DNA of 64,000 nucleotides, taken from NCBI GenBank assembly GCA_963787835.1, contig CAWBEI010000004.1, positions 192,001 through 256,000 on the forward strand. The letters are read 5' to 3'. The notes under the pieces were generated by a model. That model was not told where the DNA came from. It made no database searches and worked only from the letters and a program-made list of their open reading frames with translations. Made by a program: the position numbers and the translations under genes. Positions 1-9,955 of the stretch are shown one piece after another. This stretch comes from Ignavibacteriota bacterium. GTDB lineage: Bacteria; Bacteroidota; Ignavibacteria; Palsa-1295. Positions within the stretch are counted from its first letter, which is position 1. The number at the start of each line of letters is the position of its first letter.

Positions 1-527
1 GTGAGTCGGCTTTGGTCGGTAGCCAAACTATCCGGACCTCCTGAATGGGGGCCGTCAGAGCCGTTCAGGAGGGGAGTCATGGTCTCCAACCAGACCCGTT
101 CTGCCTCGGGAGATGGAACTTTGCCATCAGCGCTGTCAACTTCTGTTTCATGATTACCCGGGATCGCTACAAACTTAATTCCAGCTTTCACAACTGGCGA
201 GGCTTCCACACGATCACGCCAGATCGAAAAGGCTTGCTTTAGTTTTGTCGTATCGTGTTCGTAACCGAATATTTCATCTCCATTGAAAAAAACGCACGAT
301 GGTTTGGGGTCGAGCTTCGCAATATCTTCCATCGAACGATCCAATTGAGGGAAATTTATGCCGGCCGGATTGGTTGCGGAGTTGGTATCAGCCTTATCGA
401 CGCGGCAGTCGCCAAGAACGACGAAGGAATATTGCACCGGGTCGTCGGTTGACTTATTGGAGCATCCTACAAATGCACAGGACACCATCAGGACAACGAG
501 TGGTGTAATCTTATTATATTGAAACAT
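1..527 (-). CDS. Calcineurin-like metallophosphoesterase lipoprotein (C-terminus runs off the window)
   Basis: Not in the ORF track. Manual translation from ATG 527: MFQYNKITPLVVLMVSCAFVGC (lipobox), then FVVLGDCR, FFNGDEI and IPGNHE, the metallophosphoesterase motifs. Confidence 0.85.
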   Translation of the reverse strand, partial: MFQYNKITPLVVLMVSCAFVGCSNKSTDDPVQYSFVVLGDCRVDKADTNSATNPAGINFPQLDRSMEDIAKLDPKPSCVFFNGDEIFGYEHDTTKLKQAFSIWRDRVEASPVVKAGIKFVAIPGNHETEVDSADGKVPSPEAERVWLETMTPLLNGSDGPHSGGPDSLATDQSRL

Positions 528-695
528 TTCTTTTGCGTCGATTTATCGAGATGAACATGTATTTCCGCACTGGTTTTGGAAACACAATTTCACCGATCGA
601 CGATGTTACGAAATGATTAAATATGGAAGCGCCTAATGCGGAGTTACGAACGTAGTGATAGGGAGGGTCGTTTTTGTGAAGTCATAATATGAGCG

Positions 696-1694
696 ATGAA
701 TTCTAATTACATTGTCATGATTCTCAAAAAGATACTTGTCCTTTCGTTCGCCGCTTCAATGCTGGCCGCCTGCTCGAAAAATTCCCCGACGGGAACGACG
801 CCCGATACGACCGCTACTACTCATGTAACAGACACTGGCACTGTCCCTCAATATGGGACGCCTTTGTATGATACAGGCATTTTTTATCCTGGAGTACAGG
901 TAGGTAAGATCACTAATGTAGTAATGTCAAGCGCTTCCGGTATGGGGGCCAGCAGGTATTATACGGGGATGTTGTGGATCGAGAATGATCAGGGCGGCGG
1001 AACGAACAACATTTACCTCGTCGATAGCACAGGCACTGAACGAGCGGCCTTCAGCGTAACAGGCGCAACCGACCGCGATTGGACCGATATGTCCATGGGA
1101 CCGGGACCCGGCGCAGATACCACATACATTTATCTTGCTGATATTGGTAATAGTAATGCTGTAAGCCGGTACAATTATATTTATCGGTTCCCGGAACCTC
1201 AAACTCCTTTGGGTTCCGGTGTTTTGACTGGGGCAACCGCTCCGGCCACTAAGATAACCTTCCTATATCCCGATGGCCCACGCGATGCAGAGACCATCCT
1301 GCTCGATCCAGTATCGAAAGATATTTATATCGTGGATAAGTTAGGGGCTTCCAATGTGTATGAGCTCCCTTACCCACAAAGCACGGATACCGTTATTATG
1401 GCCACAAAGATCATCCAAGCCATGCCGATACCTGCTGGGCCTTTACGTTCGGGTGGAATTGCCTCCGGCAGAACAGGGATCATCATGAAGACTTACACCT
1501 CAGCTTTTTATTGGACCATCACTCCCGGAGAATCCATCTTCAGCGCCCTGCTTAATACGCCTGTGCAGATTCCCGTTCCGGGCGAAATTCAGGGGGAAGC
1601 AATGTGCTTCACTCCTAACGACGCTGCCTTTTGGACGACGAGCAAGTTCTCAACCGACACGTACGCTCCCCTCGATAGGTGTACTCGAAGATAA
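696..1694 (+). CDS. Lipoprotein, probable beta-propeller (phytase-like/SdiA-regulated-like fold)
   Basis: Lipobox LAAC, Thr-rich linker and repeated DWTD/DAET/QGEA blade-like motifs. Alternative start at 717. Confidence 0.6.
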   Translation: MNSNYIVMILKKILVLSFAASMLAACSKNSPTGTTPDTTATTHVTDTGTVPQYGTPLYDTGIFYPGVQVGKITNVVMSSASGMGASRYYTGMLWIENDQGGGTNNIYLVDSTGTERAAFSVTGATDRDWTDMSMGPGPGADTTYIYLADIGNSNAVSRYNYIYRFPEPQTPLGSGVLTGATAPATKITFLYPDGPRDAETILLDPVSKDIYIVDKLGASNVYELPYPQSTDTVIMATKIIQAMPIPAGPLRSGGIASGRTGIIMKTYTSAFYWTITPGESIFSALLNTPVQIPVPGEIQGEAMCFTPNDAAFWTTSKFSTDTYAPLDRCTRR

Positions 1695-1723
1695 TTTATT
1701 TAAGTACATTTCGAATAACTAAC

Positions 1724-1865
1724 AGATCCTAAGCGCATGAACGATCATGCGCCTTTCGCGGGGATGACAATCGAAGGAAGGCGCGAAATGGATAGAACGA
1801 CCCACTTGTGTCATTCCAGCGAACTGCCAGCCCTCGACCTGATCGGGGGGGGGGCGGAAATCCTG
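1724..1865. repeat. Degenerate REP-like palindromic elements (AGATCC...GGATGACA / TGTCATTCC family)
   Basis: Hairpin GCGCATGA-ACGA-TCATGCGC at 1733-1752, then GGGGATGACA and TGTCATTCCAGCG. Ends resemble the element at 16369-16519. Confidence 0.55.
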
Positions 1866-1895
1866 ATTCAGACACATTAGATCTGGCCTGAGTTA

Positions 1896-1936
1896 AAATC
1901 AAAATGCCGAGTGTCCGTAGTGGGCACTCGGCATTT
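1896..1936 (-). terminator. Rho-independent terminator of the TonB receptor/lipoprotein operon
   Basis: Stem AAATGCCGAGTGTCC (1902-1916) / GGGCACTCGGCATTT (1922-1936), followed by a T-rich tract on the minus strand, 20 nt after the stop at 1956. Confidence 0.75.
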
Positions 1937-1955
1937 AAGCTCGCGGTAAAGGCGA

Positions 1956-3488
1956 TTACTTGCTGGGGGGTGTGAATGGGGCAGCTTGGTTTCCAGAGCC
2001 GTTCTGTTGGAAGGCTCCGAAGTCTTGTCCAAGTCCAAGAGTAGTAGTATAATCGGCGCCATAAGGGTTGGTTGCGCTCTTGATCGATACTGGTACAGCA
2101 TATTTCTCCGTGGGAAGAGTTGGATACAACGGGACCGCTATGGGCGTGGACGTGCTCGAATACACTGCAGATACGGTGGTTGGTTTGATCGTTCCGGTAT
2201 AGGCCTTGCCAACACACGGGGAACTGGGCATTAAATTGAAATTGCTGGTAAAGCTTGGAATATCGGAAAAGCGACCCGATTGGTTGAACAGCACGTTCTC
2301 CACCGGAACTTGGGCTGAGAATGGATCAGCAAAGGTGAAGCGGGCTGCGGGAACTGCTGTGGCGGGAGTGTAGCCCACGAACATCGGATCGTCGGCGCCC
2401 GTTGCCCAGGTGTGACCGAGATTGTCATGGGGTTTTTTCCATTGAACTCCACCATCGAGTCCGTCGCTACAGAAATGGTCCACCACAGAATCTGTCGCAC
2501 CATAATACCATTGGTAGTCGTAATAGGTATCCGTGGTATCGGCAAGCGGATTCGCGACGAGGCGGAATCCTGTGCGGCAATTCACGATCAAGTTATTATA
2601 CACGGTTCCATAAGCACCCTGCTCGATATCCGTCGAGCCAGCGCGAGCTGTCAGGTTACAGCGCCATCCGCAGGTAACGAATGTGTTATTATAGATGCCT
2701 CCGCCGGTCTGTGGGTTAATGCCGCCTTTATTGGCAAATTTCGCACCATTGGTGCAATTGCCAAGGAAAAGGTTGTAGGCCATATCACCGACTCCGCCAG
2801 ACTTGATGTTCGGACCGTCACCGCTCGTAAGCGAAGCGCACTCGAATACATTACGAACGATCCAAAATTGACCGCTGGTCACGCGAACCGGATCGTCAAC
2901 AGCGCCAGTGATCCAGGAATCTTCCATAATGAAGTTCGCCATTGGATTTTCGAACCATACCGCATATCGTGTGCCACCAGCTCCGTAGATCGGATCGGTT
3001 TGTGAGGCTGTCCCTCCGGCAAATTCAACGTGCGTGTATTTGAGGATAATGTCACCTGAGGTGAGCGAGCCAGCAACTCCGCCCCAGAGCCCAGTGCATA
3101 GGTTCTTGTACTGGCGAAGTGCGGCCGGTGGGGTCAGGAAGATCGGCTTTGCTTGCGTTCCGTCGCAAATAAGCGTCCCGTTAACCTGGAATTCCGGCGT
3201 CCCAGTTTGTGCCGTGGAGGCGCCTGTCACGAGCACGGTAACTCCGGCTGGAATATATAAGGTATCGCCTTTGGGGATGATGACGTCTGCCGGCATGTAG
3301 TAGAAAAGCGTATCAGGGTTCAAGGAGCCTTGTACCGCACCTTTGAGAGTGTCGCCGGTGACGAATGCTCCAACAGCAGGCTTCGGCGGATTTACAACCG
3401 TAAGCCCGGCCGGACTGCTGCACGCTGAGATAACGAGCGGTAGTACTGCCGCTAAAGCTAATTTTAAAACGAAGTTTCGTAGTTTCAT
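1956..3488 (-). CDS. Lipoprotein with right-handed beta-helix repeats, partner of the TonB receptor
   Basis: Likely start MKLRNF at 3488, lipobox ISAC, and GTLICDGT..PI, YTHVEFAG and IYNNTF/VYNNLI beta-helix-type repeats. Confidence 0.7.
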   Translation of the reverse strand: MKLRNFVLKLALAAVLPLVISACSSPAGLTVVNPPKPAVGAFVTGDTLKGAVQGSLNPDTLFYYMPADVIIPKGDTLYIPAGVTVLVTGASTAQTGTPEFQVNGTLICDGTQAKPIFLTPPAALRQYKNLCTGLWGGVAGSLTSGDIILKYTHVEFAGGTASQTDPIYGAGGTRYAVWFENPMANFIMEDSWITGAVDDPVRVTSGQFWIVRNVFECASLTSGDGPNIKSGGVGDMAYNLFLGNCTNGAKFANKGGINPQTGGGIYNNTFVTCGWRCNLTARAGSTDIEQGAYGTVYNNLIVNCRTGFRLVANPLADTTDTYYDYQWYYGATDSVVDHFCSDGLDGGVQWKKPHDNLGHTWATGADDPMFVGYTPATAVPAARFTFADPFSAQVPVENVLFNQSGRFSDIPSFTSNFNLMPSSPCVGKAYTGTIKPTTVSAVYSSTSTPIAVPLYPTLPTEKYAVPVSIKSATNPYGADYTTTLGLGQDFGAFQQNGSGNQAAPFTPPSK

Positions 3489-3601
3489 GGAAGTTATGGA
3501 ATAATGAGTTATGGAAAAAATGGATGTCGCTATCGTGCGTGACGGCCTCATCCCCATCATTGCCGATCTATCGTTACGGATTTATCGGCAGCAATGGCAA
3601 G

Positions 3602-6361
3602 TTACATTCTAAATCGAATACCGAATATATAATTGCGGTCATAAAATTCTCTACGCACGAGAACGTCCTGACCGTTGGTTTGATAACTTATTTGCTCCGG
3701 GGCATACGACGCACTATTGTACGTCTGGTGTATCACTTCCTCGCGCGGAGTATTAAGGATATTCGTCACCTTAACATAGACAGCGAGATCTCCCCAGAGC
3801 CTTTGCTCGCCAGAAAAATCGAGATCGACAAAGCCGGTGGACCACCGGTCGTTATCGTAATATGTCGAGACGACCACGATGGCCGGCCCGGTATAGTTAC
3901 CGCTTAACTGTAGGCTCGTTCCGCTTTCGAAGTCCTTATAGAGTAGTGAGAGATTCCCAATATTAGCCGATTGGTTTTCGAGTGGGCGCGTCTCCTGGGT
4001 GTACGATGTGGTGTTGTTAGTGTATATCTGCTTGGTCGTTGTGATTTGAGAATTGGTATAGGTGTAATTACCTTCTACGCCGAAATTGGAAAAGAATTTC
4101 CGAAAATCTAATTCAAACCCATAATTCGTAGCATCGCCCAAATTTTCTGGCTCGTAATATGGTGTGAATGATTGCACGATCTCCCATTCGATGGGATCGA
4201 CAAGATGTTTGTAAAATACGCCCGCCAGCAATTGGTCCAGACCACCTGGAAAATACTCCCATCGAAGATCGAGATTATCCGCTTGTGTGCGGTTCAAGCT
4301 GTCGTTTGATTGTTCAGTATAATCGTCACCGGGAGTACTCTGGCCTGGAACGAGTTCAAAAAAGTTTGGTCTGCTGATAGATTTGTAGTATGAAAGCCGC
4401 CAGTTTTGATTATCTACCGGAGAATACTTCAAACTAACGGAGGGAAGCATATCAGTGTACGTGATCGTGCCTTGTCTTGCTGGGAGCAAGCTATCAAGGC
4501 TCGTCCATCCAAAATTAGTTTGCTCAACACGAACTCCACCAATGGCAGTGAGATACCCAATGGTAAATTTCGCCTGAAGGAACCCTGCCGTGACATCCTC
4601 GTAGGCATTGTAATTAAGCGCGTTGCCCGATGATCCTTGGGGATTATAAACGTAGAGTGTATCTAAAGAAATATTTCCGTTGTAATACTGTGTCCCACTT
4701 ACGCCCGGGGGTACCCGAATCCCGTAGTCATCATAAGAGCTCGTTCGCTCTTTATTTCTATACATACCGCCATAAGAAAATTCGATCGGTGTGCTGAAAA
4801 GGTCTTCTGTTGATTTTAGGGTTAAGTAGCCGCTCTTGTCCTGATCTACGCTATTAGTCCAGGACCGGTCGCTGTTGGTGATATTGGGAGTACGAACATC
4901 TATGTTGCCAGCGCTATCACGGGTAACGCCTCCATCGAGTTCAAGGTCGGCACGATCAGGCTGGTTCATCGTGGCGCTAGAATAAGCGAGATGCCAATCG
5001 GCTTCGAGGTCTTTTCCAAAAATGCGATCTTCACCAGAAAGTGTCACATTACCGATTCCCTGAGTTTCATTGGTCGTGATGAGCGAGCTTAACACATCGA
5101 TGTCATATACCGAAAAGCCTTTCGACCTGTTTGTATCCCAATCGACTCGCAATTCATTTTTGTGAAGGCTGGCATACATGCCAAAAAGCTGAAAGGTATT
5201 ATTTTCGTCAGCACGGTAATCGATATTAGCCATTCCACCACCACGAGTAAGTTGTGTGTTATACTGCCGGTACTCGATCTCAGAAAGGTAGGGTGTATTG
5301 TCAACCTGATTGACAATAGAATAGAAGAAGTTGGTATTCGCACCTCGGAACGAATTCTGATAGCTTCCAGCGACGATCACACCAAGTTTATCGTCATCGA
5401 AGCGATTTCCATATGTGGCGGAGAGATAGGAAGGGAACGCTGGATTGCCATAGGATGGGCTCCAAGTACTTGCTGGGAAATTTGACATGGTTGCCAGGTA
5501 ATCAGGCCCGTTCAAAACCCGAGGCGATTGGGTATTCGGGTCGTCAACGAAAGATTCAACCTTTCTACCCGAATTAAAAAGCTCATCATACCCGGACCCA
5601 ACTTGGATCGAGGCAACTTCATGATCGGGCGCTTGCTTCATGACGAGGTTCATTGAGCCACCAATGGCATCTCCTTCCATCGTAGGTAGCAAGCTCTTCG
5701 ATACTTCGAGACGGTCCAGCAATTCCGAAGGGAAAATATCAAGTGGTACATAACGGTCTTCATTATCCGGACTCGGTATCTTTATCCCATTGACCGTGGT
5801 GTAGTTATAACGCTTATCCATGCCGCGAATGATAGCATATTCGGCATCTCCGGTTGCAGCGGTTCGCGTCATCGAGACCCCTGAGAGACGTTGCGAAACA
5901 TCTGCCACATCAAGATCGGGAGAAACTTCGATGCTCCGTGCAGCAATTGCATTAATCACATTGTCCGACAGACGAACTGCGACCGTCGCGCTGGCATCGC
6001 TCCCATTTTCGGCTTTGCCGCTAACGGTCACCTCTTTATTTTTCCCTGTATTCCGCTTCAATCCGATGTTTAAGGTTTGATCGGCATCGGTCACGGTGAG
6101 ATTCAGCACTGAATCAAGATATCCAGAATAGCTGATCTTCAATTTGTACTCACCGGGTGCAAGCGTTAATGTGTAACTACCATCGAATCCGGAGACTGCT
6201 CCCGTGTGCCTTCCAACGGCAGCGATCCGAACGCCGGGTAGGGGCTCGTTCGAAATACCGTCTAAGACCTTACCAGATATTGTGCCGGCTACGGCCGATG
6301 CTGTTGGCAGAATAAAAAACAAAAAAAGCAATAAGATACCGCGGGGGCTCAAAACTATCAT
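3602..6361 (-). CDS. TonB-dependent outer membrane receptor with N-terminal carboxypeptidase-regulatory-like domain
   Basis: Signal peptide, GTISGKVLD..EPLPG domain, plug motifs IIRGM..RY and LEVSK..GDAIGGSMNLV, barrel motifs RPNFFEL and NLDLRWEYF, and C-terminal YIFGIRFRM. Confidence 0.92.
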   Translation of the reverse strand: MIVLSPRGILLLFLFFILPTASAVAGTISGKVLDGISNEPLPGVRIAAVGRHTGAVSGFDGSYTLTLAPGEYKLKISYSGYLDSVLNLTVTDADQTLNIGLKRNTGKNKEVTVSGKAENGSDASATVAVRLSDNVINAIAARSIEVSPDLDVADVSQRLSGVSMTRTAATGDAEYAIIRGMDKRYNYTTVNGIKIPSPDNEDRYVPLDIFPSELLDRLEVSKSLLPTMEGDAIGGSMNLVMKQAPDHEVASIQVGSGYDELFNSGRKVESFVDDPNTQSPRVLNGPDYLATMSNFPASTWSPSYGNPAFPSYLSATYGNRFDDDKLGVIVAGSYQNSFRGANTNFFYSIVNQVDNTPYLSEIEYRQYNTQLTRGGGMANIDYRADENNTFQLFGMYASLHKNELRVDWDTNRSKGFSVYDIDVLSSLITTNETQGIGNVTLSGEDRIFGKDLEADWHLAYSSATMNQPDRADLELDGGVTRDSAGNIDVRTPNITNSDRSWTNSVDQDKSGYLTLKSTEDLFSTPIEFSYGGMYRNKERTSSYDDYGIRVPPGVSGTQYYNGNISLDTLYVYNPQGSSGNALNYNAYEDVTAGFLQAKFTIGYLTAIGGVRVEQTNFGWTSLDSLLPARQGTITYTDMLPSVSLKYSPVDNQNWRLSYYKSISRPNFFELVPGQSTPGDDYTEQSNDSLNRTQADNLDLRWEYFPGGLDQLLAGVFYKHLVDPIEWEIVQSFTPYYEPENLGDATNYGFELDFRKFFSNFGVEGNYTYTNSQITTTKQIYTNNTTSYTQETRPLENQSANIGNLSLLYKDFESGTSLQLSGNYTGPAIVVVSTYYDNDRWSTGFVDLDFSGEQRLWGDLAVYVKVTNILNTPREEVIHQTYNSASYAPEQISYQTNGQDVLVRREFYDRNYIFGIRFRM

Positions 6362-6530
6362 TAAATCGTACGGGGAAGGTTATGATTATTCGAATTTCGA
6401 ATCCTAAAAAAGATGCAAGCCGACAAAATGCAATGAATTTATAAAGACGCTATCTTACATAAGCGCAACGGAATAGCGCTCTCGTTCTAAGCATCACACC
6501 TTTTTTACAAAATTAGAGAGTTCATGTTTT

Positions 6531-6574
6531 CGAATGATTAATCATTCGTCACTCAATTGTTATCAAATGGTTGC
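6531..6574. promoter_or_regulatory. Putative operator upstream of the TonB receptor
   Basis: Perfect 18-bp palindrome CGAATGATTAATCATTCG (6531-6548). It overlaps 11-bp-spaced hexamers on the minus strand (GCAACC, ATAACA, GTGACG, TTAATC). Confidence 0.45.
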
Positions 6575-6768
6575 CGATGGACTCAGGCTCCAAATTCGTT
6601 AAATTAAGGCGATTTCAATTCGGTGTCAAACGCCTTGTTAAAAAAACCAGAATATCCGTTTTGAGTGAAAAACGAACGGATAACTAAGATTTATTTCAAT
6701 GAGATCTCAACTATTCTTATGAAACACAATGGAACATTGGAGTCAAGGCTTCGCTCAATCTGATTCTG

Positions 6769-6840
6769 CTGCCTCGCTAGGATTCGAACCTAGAACCTAC
6801 TGCTCCAGAGGCAGCCGCCATACCATTAGGCCACGAGGCA
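6769..6840 (-). tRNA. tRNA-Gln (CTG)
   Basis: Acceptor stem TGCCTCG/CGAGGCA, anticodon arm GCTGC-CTCTGGA-GCAGT, T-loop GGTTCGAATCC. CCA is not encoded. Confidence 0.95.
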
Positions 6841-6958
6841 ATTCCTGAAAATAGTGAAGAATATCATCACTATTCAAATCCGTTAACTCTCAAGAGGACT
6901 TTTGGGTTTCGCGGTTGAAATGAAGTCTGTTAGAAAGCAAAATTGAAGGCCAAAGTGA

Positions 6959-8470
6959 TTATTCTAAACATGGGACTGGTCCAGGAATAAACCATCCATA
7001 TTTTGAAAGCGTAGCATGAATCGATTCGGTTTCGGCTGGGATGGTGTAGCAAAGAATATCGTATCCTAGGTAGGTAATTCGCCCGACGCAGGAGTAACGA
7101 TCCATCATCGGCTGATGGATGAGCACTGGTGTCAGAGCACCAGCCTTACCATGACCGGCGTGGAATACATTCCAGCATACTCGAGTCTCATGAAAGGCCG
7201 GAATTAGAATAATATCTGGTTTCATCGAATCTAAAATACTACATGCTTCGAAAGGTGTTTTTGATCTGGCAATTGCCGTCGTATTAAGGCCAACAAGATC
7301 AATATTTTGCATCTCCGAATAATAGGGGATCGCGCCCACATCCTGAAAGGCGAAGGAAATATGCTCATGGTTAGGAATGGAGTGCAGCGCCAATCCAAGC
7401 TCATGATAGATCTGACGGCCTCGTTCGATCGTCGCAAGTTGCATATCTCTCCGCAGTAGCGAGATCGAAAGCGCACCTTGGAGAACTATTACAAGAATAA
7501 ATAAGAACATCGACCGCCATCTGATTTTATCGATTGAGATAACGAAAGCAGTGGCGGTAACCAATGCAGGAATAGATGGCCATTCGAACCGGAAATAAAA
7601 ACCTTGTAGCGGTTCTGGCCACAGATAGAATAGGATAAGAGCAGAAGACCAGATTAGGATCGGCAATAACATTTTCCGCTCGTTTGGATGCCGCCAAAGG
7701 GCATAGAGTGAAATCCCGAGCAAGACAGCATTGCTCACAACAAACTCTCTAAAACTCTGAACACCATGAAAACCACCATCACCTGTCTTGATATAAAAAG
7801 AGTTGGGAAGCAAATTTCCAAAATAGAATAACTTGAATGCGGCATAGACCGTCATTGGTACAATGAAGTATGTAATGATGGCGCGAATGGCTTGCGAACG
7901 CTGTGGTCTATCGATTCGATAGATGGAAGCGACCGCAAGAATGATACCTGCAAGTGCCCCTTCAGGACGTGTAAGACATAAGAAGGAAACTAAAATAAAA
8001 GCGACATCCCATTTTTTCTTTATTGCGAAATAAAATGATGCTAAGACGAGCGAAATGAACAGTGAAGTCTCAAGCCCGTTAAATGCGTTTGCCCATGTAA
8101 AAGGCAGAAGCAAATAAATGATAGAAGTTACAATTGGTTGTAGATCCGATTCAGAAATTTGTCGAATAAATTTGTAAATAAAGATACCCGTCAGGATCGT
8201 AGAAACGATCCCAATGGCCTGGCTCACCATCATCAGGTCAGCATGAAAGAATGCGAACGGCGATAAAATGAGAACCAGAAGAAAATTCGTGTAGCCTTCC
8301 GTAGGCGGCCCACCAATGTTCCAGACAATTCCGTTCCCATTCGCGAAATTCTGAGCGTAACGAAATGTGATGTACGCATCGTCAAATGGGAAGGACATTC
8401 GCCATTGCCACAACGCTGCTGCAATGAGCGATCCGATCGTGGCAATGAGCAATGCGGGACGAGATCTCAA
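6959..8470 (-). CDS. Polytopic membrane GT-C-like glycosyltransferase (AftB-like)
   Basis: DDAYITFRYAQN, EGYTNFL, GLET, TRPEG, PNSFYIK and IDLVGLN motifs with many TM segments. Confidence 0.7.
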   Translation of the reverse strand: MRSRPALLIATIGSLIAAALWQWRMSFPFDDAYITFRYAQNFANGNGIVWNIGGPPTEGYTNFLLVLILSPFAFFHADLMMVSQAIGIVSTILTGIFIYKFIRQISESDLQPIVTSIIYLLLPFTWANAFNGLETSLFISLVLASFYFAIKKKWDVAFILVSFLCLTRPEGALAGIILAVASIYRIDRPQRSQAIRAIITYFIVPMTVYAAFKLFYFGNLLPNSFYIKTGDGGFHGVQSFREFVVSNAVLLGISLYALWRHPNERKMLLPILIWSSALILFYLWPEPLQGFYFRFEWPSIPALVTATAFVISIDKIRWRSMFLFILVIVLQGALSISLLRRDMQLATIERGRQIYHELGLALHSIPNHEHISFAFQDVGAIPYYSEMQNIDLVGLNTTAIARSKTPFEACSILDSMKPDIILIPAFHETRVCWNVFHAGHGKAGALTPVLIHQPMMDRYSCVGRITYLGYDILCYTIPAETESIHATLSKYGWFIPGPVPCLE

Positions 8471-8477
8471 GTATTTA

Positions 8478-9080
8478 CTAATTCCTCGCAGTTTTCAATA
8501 GCTTTGCAAAATCGATCAATTCATGAAAGAACCGTTCCACACGGTCTCCGGCGCGGCCTTCCCTCAGCGGCTGAAATAGCGCCGGATCTATGGGAGGCGT
8601 TGCACCTCGAACCGCCATAAGCACTTCGATAGGTATATGGATCGAGCTAAAAAGCGGAACCATTTTAAGCTCGATCACCACTTGCCGCAGTTGCTCAATC
8701 GCCCGCGCACCTAATGCACTGCCGTAACTTACGAATCCGACCGGCTTCTTATTCCATTCGGAATACACCCAATCGAGCGCATTCTTCAGGACTGCAGGAT
8801 AGCCATGATTATACTCCGGCACGACCATAATATAGCCATCGGCCTCGCCTATCTTATTGGCCCACTGCTTTCCCAAAGGGTTGAGATAATTGCCCTTATT
8901 TCCCGATGGGCTCATCGGCTCGTCGTAAAAGGGAAGCGGCCAATCGCGCAAGTCGATAAGTTCGGCTTCGATGATTTCTATTTTCTTCAGCTCTTCAAAA
9001 AGATAATTTGCTGGCTTCTCACTGAATCGATTTTGCCGTGTGCTGCCGATGATGATCTGTATTTTTATTTTTTCGTTCAT
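8478..9080 (-). CDS. NADPH-dependent FMN reductase
   Basis: IIGSTR, PEYNHGYPAVLKNALD and VSYG..GARA motifs. Confidence 0.92.
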   Translation of the reverse strand: MNEKIKIQIIIGSTRQNRFSEKPANYLFEELKKIEIIEAELIDLRDWPLPFYDEPMSPSGNKGNYLNPLGKQWANKIGEADGYIMVVPEYNHGYPAVLKNALDWVYSEWNKKPVGFVSYGSALGARAIEQLRQVVIELKMVPLFSSIHIPIEVLMAVRGATPPIDPALFQPLREGRAGDRVERFFHELIDFAKLLKTARN

Positions 9081-9095
9081 GCAAGCACAACGAAC

Positions 9096-9923
9096 TTAGT
9101 AAAGATTGAATTTCATTGCAATCGAACCGGAGATCGTCGAGATCTTCCAATTGTTCCCGCTCGCACTGGTATTCGTTGAGAAGGGATAATCATAATTTAC
9201 CATCGGAGCGATTGACACTATTCCAAACCGGAAATTGTATCCTGCTGAAAACAATCCGGAAAATTGAGGACTCGTTATACCACCAATTCTCCCGCCCTGG
9301 ATCGTTTCTGTGTTAGAGCCATTCGTAAAAGTAAGATTATTAATTGTGGTGCCATTCGATAATGTAATACTATTGCTGCCTAGTGTTCTCGTCTCAGAAA
9401 ATTGGTTGCTCGAAAGGATGGAAATTCCTGCACCTAATTGAATAAAGAAGTCAGAATGCAGTATCTGATATTGAATAAAGGGCTCAAAATGGAAGAATGA
9501 AATATTCAGAGTAGCGTTTCGGTTTACAGCAAGTATGGCAGTGTCTGGTTGATAATTGTTTGGGATCTCGATGGCTACAATATCGTTTGTTGGCGTTGAC
9601 GTTGTAATATTCTCTCGATCATAGCCCGCTTTCAGCCCAACGTTGAAATCGGTACCGATAGGAAGTTCGAAGAAGGCTGAAGCCGACCATCCAGTGCCGG
9701 TACCTCCAGTAAAGGTCGTTCCACAATCGCACTCCATAGTACCTGACTGGGAATTATGTCCTTCCCCAAACTCAAAGCCTATCGATGGACTTGGATGCTC
9801 AACTACCAACGGTGGAACTCCGATCGAATTTTGAGCAATGCCTGATTTATTATATGCAATAACAAAAAGCAGTGCTACGAAGCACTGGACAGTTAATCGA
9901 AGACCCGCTTTACCACCTTTCAT
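9096..9923 (-). CDS. Outer membrane beta-barrel protein
   Basis: Signal peptide, alternating amphipathic strands, aromatic C-terminus (KFNLY). Confidence 0.6.
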   Translation of the reverse strand: MKGGKAGLRLTVQCFVALLFVIAYNKSGIAQNSIGVPPLVVEHPSPSIGFEFGEGHNSQSGTMECDCGTTFTGGTGTGWSASAFFELPIGTDFNVGLKAGYDRENITTSTPTNDIVAIEIPNNYQPDTAILAVNRNATLNISFFHFEPFIQYQILHSDFFIQLGAGISILSSNQFSETRTLGSNSITLSNGTTINNLTFTNGSNTETIQGGRIGGITSPQFSGLFSAGYNFRFGIVSIAPMVNYDYPFSTNTSASGNNWKISTISGSIAMKFNLY

Positions 9924-9955
9924 ACTTTTACACTAACACGGAAGGCAGGCGAAAG

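Noticed and set aside
6769-6840. tRNA-Gln as an island integration site
   Set aside because: No integrase and no duplicated tRNA 3' end were found in the window.
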